NCBI GenBank assembly: GCA_963555825.3
Contig: CAUVXB020000002.1
Coordinates: 192,001 to 256,000 of the forward strand
DNA: 64,000 nucleotides
Reading direction: 5' to 3'
DNA from: Alphaproteobacteria bacterium
GTDB lineage: Bacteria > Pseudomonadota > Alphaproteobacteria > JAAXGF01
Shown: piece after piece, positions 61,255 through 64,000 of the stretch
How the letters are laid out: the number at the start of each line of letters is the position of its first letter
Numbering within the stretch: position 1 is the stretch's first letter
Notes under the pieces: generated by a model
The model's database searches: none
Seen by the model: only the letters and a program-made list of their open reading frames with translations
Told to the model about the DNA's origin: nothing
Made by a program: the position numbers and the translations under genes

Positions 61255-61791
61255 AGCCCGGAATTCTCACCATGGACAGGTGCGGCACGGCGGATATCGG
61301 ACGACAGGCTAGGAAAAGCGCGCCGCGCGATGCCAGTACTCCCTTGCACGATTCCACGGCACGTAGGATCGCGTTTCCCGTTTCCTCGGCAGGCGGGGGC
61401 GCGAAGGCGATGCCTTGGCATCGCAGAGCGTTCCCGACGCCCCGAGGGGGCGGGAAACGCGACCCGCAGGGCGGCCTTGCGCGGCCGCCGGCGGCGTTGC
61501 CCGGCGTTTGTGATGCGCCCAGCATCACGGCGCGCCGGGCGCCTTGCCGGACGACCACGCAAGGCCGTCCTACGTACCGTGGAATCGTGCAAGTGAGTAC
61601 TCGCGCACCGGGCAAGCGCTTTGACGCGGCCTGTCGTCCGAGATCCGCCGCCCTTAAGGGTCGCGCCGGGCGGGGCGGGCGCGGCGTCGAGGGCCTTGCG
61701 CGTAGCCCAGGCTATGCGCCGCGGCCTTCTCCTGGCGGATCGACGCCGCCCGACGCGATGACGCGCCTGTCCATAGTGAGAACTCCGGGCT
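61255..61791. repeat. Nested pair of two-armed palindromic elements (inner 61337-61599)
   Basis: Outer IR AGCCCGGA.TTCTCAC.ATGGACAGG; inner IR TACTC.CTTGCACGATTCCACGG; inner core aligns with copies A/B. Confidence 0.85.
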
Positions 61792-61802
61792 AGGGCCCCG
61801 GC

Positions 61803-62795
61803 ATGGAGCTGACCTTCAAGGCCATCGACGAGGGCCTGGCTGGGCCTGAGTGGGCCGCGCTGTTCGCCGCCAAATGGCCGGCCTACCGCCGCTGGTACCT
61901 GGGCGACGGCATCGACGCGCGGCCGGGTTACACCGAATGCATCAAGGCGCTGCGCGCCCACATGCCCGAGATCGTGCCGATGTACGAGAGGCTCTGTGAG
62001 CTGGCCGGCGGCGGCGACCTCGAGGCGCGCTTCCTCAGCCTCTACCGGCCGCCCGCCTTCGTGCAGGGCTGCAGCCAGGCGGCGTGGACGCAAGGCGAAC
62101 CGGTGCTGATGCGCAACTACGATTTCAGCCCGGCGCTCGCCGAGGGCACCATCCTCAAGAGCGGCTGGAACGGCGGCCGCGTCATCGCCTCGGTCGACTG
62201 CACCTGGGGCGTGCTCGACGGCATCAACGAGGCAGGCCTCGCGCTCAGCCTGACCTTCGGCGGGCGCAACGTGGTCGGCGACGGCTTCGCGATCTCGATC
62301 GTGCTGCGCTACATCCCCGAATTCTGCGCCACCGCGGCCGAGGCCGCCGAGGTGCTCGCCCGCGTGCCGGTCCACATGGCCTACAACGTGACCGCGCTCG
62401 ACAAGTCGGGCGATTATCTGACGACCTACATCTCGCCCGACCGCGAGGCGATCGTGCGCCGCCTGGCGATCGCCACCAACCACCAGAAGCAGATCGAGTG
62501 GCACCGCCACGCGCGCGCCACCGCGACGCTCGAGCGCGAGCGCTTCCTGTTCTTCCGCCTGACCGACCCGCGCATGACCGAACGCAAGCTGGCCAATGCG
62601 TTCCTAAAATCGCCGCTCTATTCGACGTCGTACGAGACCGGTTTCGGCACGCTGTATACGGCGCTCTACTGGCCGGCCGCCGGCCGCGCCGAATACCGCT
62701 GGCCCGGCGCGACCTGGAAACAGTCGTTCGACCGCTTCGAGCCCGGCGAACGCCGCCAGGACTACGGCACGGCCACGCAGCGCTCGGCGGGTTGA
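61803..62795 (+). CDS. C45 family autoproteolytic acyltransferase/hydrolase (Ntn)
   Basis: 'G-CSQAAW' (candidate Cys nucleophile), 'RNYDF', 'DGINEAGL', 'TNHQ'. Confidence 0.85.
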   Translation: MELTFKAIDEGLAGPEWAALFAAKWPAYRRWYLGDGIDARPGYTECIKALRAHMPEIVPMYERLCELAGGGDLEARFLSLYRPPAFVQGCSQAAWTQGEPVLMRNYDFSPALAEGTILKSGWNGGRVIASVDCTWGVLDGINEAGLALSLTFGGRNVVGDGFAISIVLRYIPEFCATAAEAAEVLARVPVHMAYNVTALDKSGDYLTTYISPDREAIVRRLAIATNHQKQIEWHRHARATATLERERFLFFRLTDPRMTERKLANAFLKSPLYSTSYETGFGTLYTALYWPAAGRAEYRWPGATWKQSFDRFEPGERRQDYGTATQRSAG

Positions 62796-62799
62796 CGCG

Positions 62800-64000
62800 T
62801 CAGGCGCGGCGCAGCAGGTACATGCGCAGGTCGCCGTAGCCCTTGGCCGCAGGTACGGTGCCGACGTAGTCGCAGTCGAACTCGTGGCGCGGGTCGAGCG
62901 CCAGGCCGGCGGCGAAATGCTCGGTGACGTAGACGCAGCCCTCGGGCGTGATCGGCTCGATGCGCGCCGCCCGGCTGACGTGGGCGCCGAAGAAGTTGGT
63001 CGCGCCGACGATCGGGTCGATGGCCTCGTAGACCGGCCCGAAATGGCCGCCGAGGCGCAACGCGATAAACGCCGGCAGGCCCAAGTCGGCCAGCGACAGT
63101 ACGGCCATCGCCGCCTGCAGGTCGAGCGCGCAGCGCGCGGCGGCGGCGATGTCGTCGAACACCAGGTAGACGCCGTCGCCCCAGGTGTTGCGGAAGAGGA
63201 GCGGGCCGGCGAACCGTTCGAGCACCCGAGCCATGGCGCCCAGCACCGCGCGCACGAAGACCGGCAGCTGGCGGTCGTCGAGCTTGCTGAAACCCTTGAC
63301 GTCGCCGAACAGCATGGCCCGGTTGACCCGTCTGGTGACCGGCTCGGCCGGCTCGGCCGGCGCGGCCGGCTCGGGCGCCGCCGGCGCTGCCGCGCCGGCC
63401 GGGCACGGGATCACGGTCTGCGGATGGCCGATGTCGCGCCACAGCGCGGCGTCGACTGCGGTGCCGACCGTCCCCTTGGCCGGGCCGCCATCCCACAGCG
63501 CGACCTGGGCGACCGGGGCGTCGAGGTAGTGGCCGCGCAGCAGCGCGAGGCCCATGGCGAGGCGGCTGGCGTAGGCGAACAGCTCGTCGTCGCCGAGGTA
63601 ATGGTCCTCGGTCGCATAGGTGACCGTCGCGGCCTTAGCCAGGCAGTCGCGCGCGCGGCCCTCCCAACCGGGCCCGCCGCGCCGCACCGAGGTGTCGAGG
63701 AACTCGTCCAAGGTAAACGGCAGCACCAGGTTGAGCTCGGCGCCGCGCGCCAAGAGCGCCTCGGCGAACAGGATGTCGGCGCCGCAGGCGATCGAGCCGT
63801 AGCCGAAGCGGGCGTCGACCTCATTCAGCTGCGCCGCGATCGCGGCCGCCGCCTCGTCCTCGCCCTCGGCCGGGAAGCGCCCGGGTTCGCCCGGCGCGGC
63901 GATCATATGGCCGGTGAAATGGACTACCCGCCCGGCGGCGAGCTCGTCGAGCAGCGCGTCGTCGAGGTTGAGCGCGCGGCAGATGTGGCGCAGCTGCTTG
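62800..64000 (-). CDS. SLOG-like + class III nucleotide cyclase protein (5' end outside the window)
   Basis: 'FTGHMI...GSIACGADILFAE...LWDG...GT' then 'LFGDVKGFS', 'NTWGDG', 'HVSRAARIE'; frame open to the window edge. Confidence 0.82.
   Translation of the reverse strand, partial: KQLRHICRALNLDDALLDELAAGRVVHFTGHMIAAPGEPGRFPAEGEDEAAAAIAAQLNEVDARFGYGSIACGADILFAEALLARGAELNLVLPFTLDEFLDTSVRRGGPGWEGRARDCLAKAATVTYATEDHYLGDDELFAYASRLAMGLALLRGHYLDAPVAQVALWDGGPAKGTVGTAVDAALWRDIGHPQTVIPCPAGAAAPAAPEPAAPAEPAEPVTRRVNRAMLFGDVKGFSKLDDRQLPVFVRAVLGAMARVLERFAGPLLFRNTWGDGVYLVFDDIAAAARCALDLQAAMAVLSLADLGLPAFIALRLGGHFGPVYEAIDPIVGATNFFGAHVSRAARIEPITPEGCVYVTEHFAAGLALDPRHEFDCDYVGTVPAAKGYGDLRMYLLRRA

Overview
High-GC alphaproteobacterial chromosome segment (Rhodospirillales-like by gene order). 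It has four parts. (1) 1-16.3 kb: a histidine-utilisation region (hutI split by an IS3, hutF, hutH) with accessory inserts (ISKra4-type IS, DMT/LysR, methyltransferase) and two tandem non-pyrrolysine MttB-family methyltransferases. (2) ~16.3-27.5 kb: a decayed island at the 3' end of a CAT-anticodon tRNA, holding an IS1595-derived symmetric mini-element, an IS21, a second IS3, a broken CPA1 antiporter and a recombinase remnant. It also holds an intact two-gene operon: a three-domain fusion (isochorismatase-like + kinase + NUDT9-like, both flanking domains apparently catalytically dead) and an inositol-monophosphatase-family phosphatase. (3) 27.7-41.6 kb: core genes rpoD-dnaG-yqeY / carA-carB-greA-ELM1-trxB-lysR, followed by a candidate AbcR-like sRNA. 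(4) 42-64 kb: carnitine catabolism, oxidoreductases, two class III cyclase fusions and an uncharacterised decarboxylase / ATP-grasp / C45 cluster. Five ~265-bp two-armed palindromic elements, one nested in another, share an internal structure but have different termini. All calls are from manual motif reading; no searches were run.
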